Shown here: piece after piece, positions 61,365-64,000 of the stretch
How positions within the stretch are numbered: position 1 is the first letter of the stretch
Layout of the letters: the number at the start of each line of letters is the position of its first letter
Assembly (NCBI GenBank): GCA_002269645.1
Contig: NIVC01000928.1
Span: 124,001 to 188,000 of the forward strand
DNA from: Macrostomum lignano
Lineage: Eukaryota
Direction of reading: 5' to 3'
DNA: 64,000 nucleotides
Made by a program: the position numbers and the translations under genes
Notes under the pieces: model-generated
What the model saw: only the letters and a program-made list of their open reading frames with translations
Databases searched by the model: none
Told to the model about the DNA's origin: nothing

Positions 61365-62310
61365 ATTAGATGCTGTCTGGAGTCTGAGATTAGATGCTGT
61401 CTGGAGTCTGAGATTAGATGCTGTCTGGAGTCTGAGATTAGATGCATTGAGCGATTATTGAGATTAGATGCAGTCTGGAGTCTGAGATTAGATGCATTGA
61501 GCGATTATTGAGATTAGATGCTGTCTGGAGTCTGAGATGATGTAGATTAGATGCAGTGCGAGAGATGATTTAGATTAGATTCAGTGTGAGAAATGATTGA
61601 GTTTAGATGCAGTGAGAGATTATTGCGATTAGATACAGTCTGTAGTCTAAGATGATGTAGATTAGATGGGTCTGAGAGATGATTGAGATTAGATGCAGTG
61701 AAAGATACTTGAGATTAGATACAGTCTTGAGTCTGAGATTAGATGCATTGAGCGATTATTGAGATTAGATGCTGTCTGGAGTCTGAGATGATGTAGATTA
61801 GATGCAGTGCGAGAGATGATTTAGATTAGATTCAGTGTGAGAAATGATTGAGTTTAGATGCAGTGAGAGATTATTGCGATTAGATACAGTCTGTAGTCTA
61901 AGATGATGTAGATTAGATGGGTCTGAGAGATGATTGAGATTAGATGCAGTGAAAGATACTTGAGATTAGATACAGTCTTGAGTCTGAGACGATGTAGATT
62001 AGATGCAGTGTGTGAGATGATTGAGATTAGATGCAATGTGGGAGATGATTGAGATTAGATGCAGTGTGTGAGATGATTGAGATTAGATGCAGTGTGTGAG
62101 ATGATTGAGATTAGATGCAGTGTGTGAGATGATTGAGATTAGATGCAGTGTGGGAGATGATTGAGATTAGATGCAGTGTGTGAGATGATTGAGATTAGAT
62201 GCAGTGTGTGAGATGATTGAGATTAGATGCAGTGTGTGAGATGATTGAGATTAGATGCAGTGTGGGAGATGATTGAGATTAGATGCAGTGTGGGAGATGA
62301 TGTAGATGTG
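61365..62310. repeat. Composite ~28-bp tandem repeat
   Basis: GAGATTAGATGC core units, ending in regular (GATGATTGAGATTAGATGCAGTGTGTGA)n. Confidence 0.9.
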
Positions 62311-62613
62311 CAAGAAAAGCGTGACCAGCAGGAGCGGAACGAATCTCATTGGCTAAGAGCTGCACAGCCAATGGGAAGGCCGCCCACGTAATTGACGGCG
62401 TTGCTACTTATTTTTGACAAAGTCAAGCAATGTGGGGTTGAACCAGTTCAAAGAGAAGTCTGTCCTGCACTGCAACACAGGAGCGGCTATTTCTAAGAAT
62501 CGCCTAACAGTGGGATAATTATCCCCACATCAAATGCCAGTGGATCTGATAGTGCCTGGGCGAACTTCTATCGCCAAATAAGCTATCTCTGCTAGTTCAA
62601 GTATATTAAAAGC

Positions 62614-62795
62614 ATGACGGAGCTGCCGGATTCGAACTTGGGACCTTGCATCGGCAAAGTCGCAGCGGCTGAGAGCGATAAATTATCGAAGCCGGTCGGT
62701 GCAGGAGTTCAGGGACGGATTTTCGGCTTTGGCCCGGTTTTTCTGGCCGCTTCAGTTTGGACTCTGCTGCTGTCGCTTTGTCACCTGGCTGCGGG
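62614..62795 (+). CDS. Possible first coding exon of a secreted or membrane protein continuing beyond the window
   Basis: ATG, GC-rich codons, hydrophobic stretch VFLAASVWTLLLSLCHLAA, donor GG/GTGAGG at 62796, then a minisatellite as in other introns here. Opposed ATTGG/CCAAT boxes at ~62348-62372. Confidence 0.38.
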
Positions 62796-62899
62796 GTGAG
62801 GCTGGCGGGAGATGAAGAGCTAACTGAGGATGGGGAAAGAAGCAGAGAATGAGGATAAGATAGTGAGGGAAAGAAACCATTTAATAAGTCTGTCAATGA

Positions 62900-64000
62900 G
62901 AGTGAGATAGAATGAGATGAGAGTGAGATAGAATGAGATGGGAGTGGAGATAGAATGAGATGGGAGTGGAGATAGAATGATATTAGAGTGAGATAGAATG
63001 ATATTAGAGTGAGATAGAATGATATGGGAGTAAGATAGAATGAGATGGGGGTGAGGTAGAATGAGATGGGGTGAGATAGAATGAGATGGGGTGAGATAGA
63101 ATGATCGAGATGGGGTGAGATAGAATGAGATGGGATTAAGATAGAATGAGATGGGGTGAGATAGAATGAGATGGGGTGAGATAGAATGAGATGGGAGTAA
63201 AATAGAATGAGATGGGAGTGAGATAGAATGAGATGGGAGTAAAATAGAATGAGATGGGAGTGAGATAGAATGAGATGGGAGTAAAATAGAATGAGATGGG
63301 AGTAAGATAGAATGAGATGGGAGTAAAATAGAATGAGATGGGAGTAAGATAGAATGAGATGGGAGTGAGATAGAATAAGATGGGGTGAGATAGAATGAGA
63401 TGGGAGTGGAGTGGAGATAGAATGATATGAGAGTGAGATAGAATGAGATGGGAGTAAAATAGAATGAGATGGGAGTAAGATAGAATGCGATGAGGGTGAG
63501 ATAGAATGAGATGGGAGTGGAGATAGAATGATATTAGAGTGAGATAGAATGATATTAGAGTGAGATAGAATGATATTAGAGTGAGATAGAATGAGATGGG
63601 AGTAAGATAGAATGAGATGGGACTGAGATAGAATGAGATGGGGTGAGATAGAATGAGATGGGGTGAGATAGAATGAGATGGGAGTAAGATAGAATGAGAT
63701 GGGAGTGAGATAGAATGAGATGAGAGTGAGATAGAATAAGATGGTGTGAGATAGAATGAGATGGGAGTGGAGTGAGATAGAATGATATGAGAGTGGAGAT
63801 AGAATGATATGAGAGTGAGATAGAATGATATGAGAGTGAGATAGAATAAGATGGTGTGAGATAGAATGAGATGGGAGTGGAGTGAGATAGAATGATATGA
63901 GAGTGGAGATAGAATGATATGAGAGTGGAGATAGAATGATATGAGAGTGAGATCTAATGATATGAGAGTGGAGATAGAATGATATGAGAGTGGAGATCTA
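62900..64000. repeat. ~19-20-bp purine-rich minisatellite (runs off the window)
   Basis: (GAGATAGAATGAGATGGGAGT)-like units. Confidence 0.93.

Overview
Eukaryotic genomic DNA with GT-AG spliced genes, GC-rich exons, AT-rich intergenic DNA and many minisatellite-filled introns. This style is most consistent with a free-living flatworm such as Macrostomum (inference, not verified). From 5' to 3' the window holds: a complete, very young Ty3/Gypsy LTR retrotransposon (1709-6672; identical 181-bp LTRs, GTCT target-site duplication, tRNA-Leu primer site, -1 frameshift signal); cytoplasmic tryptophanyl-tRNA synthetase (4 coding exons); a 7-exon ankyrin-repeat/MAP3K-like kinase on the minus strand; a decayed Gypsy pol relic; a single-coding-exon TPR-Sel1-MYND gene; a 4-exon orphan gene whose three introns are each a different tandem repeat; a candidate 102-aa neuropeptide precursor whose two exons are separated by a 9.2-kb intron made almost entirely of a 34-bp satellite with a ~3.68-kb higher-order period; liprin-beta; a NuSAP1-like gene with an internal 7-aa repeat; and a possible first exon near the right edge. 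It also contains three MITEs with clear target-site duplications, two copies of a tRNA-derived SINE and about 18 tandem arrays. No CRISPR array, rRNA gene or true tRNA gene was found. All exon models were built by hand from splice signals and reading-frame continuity.
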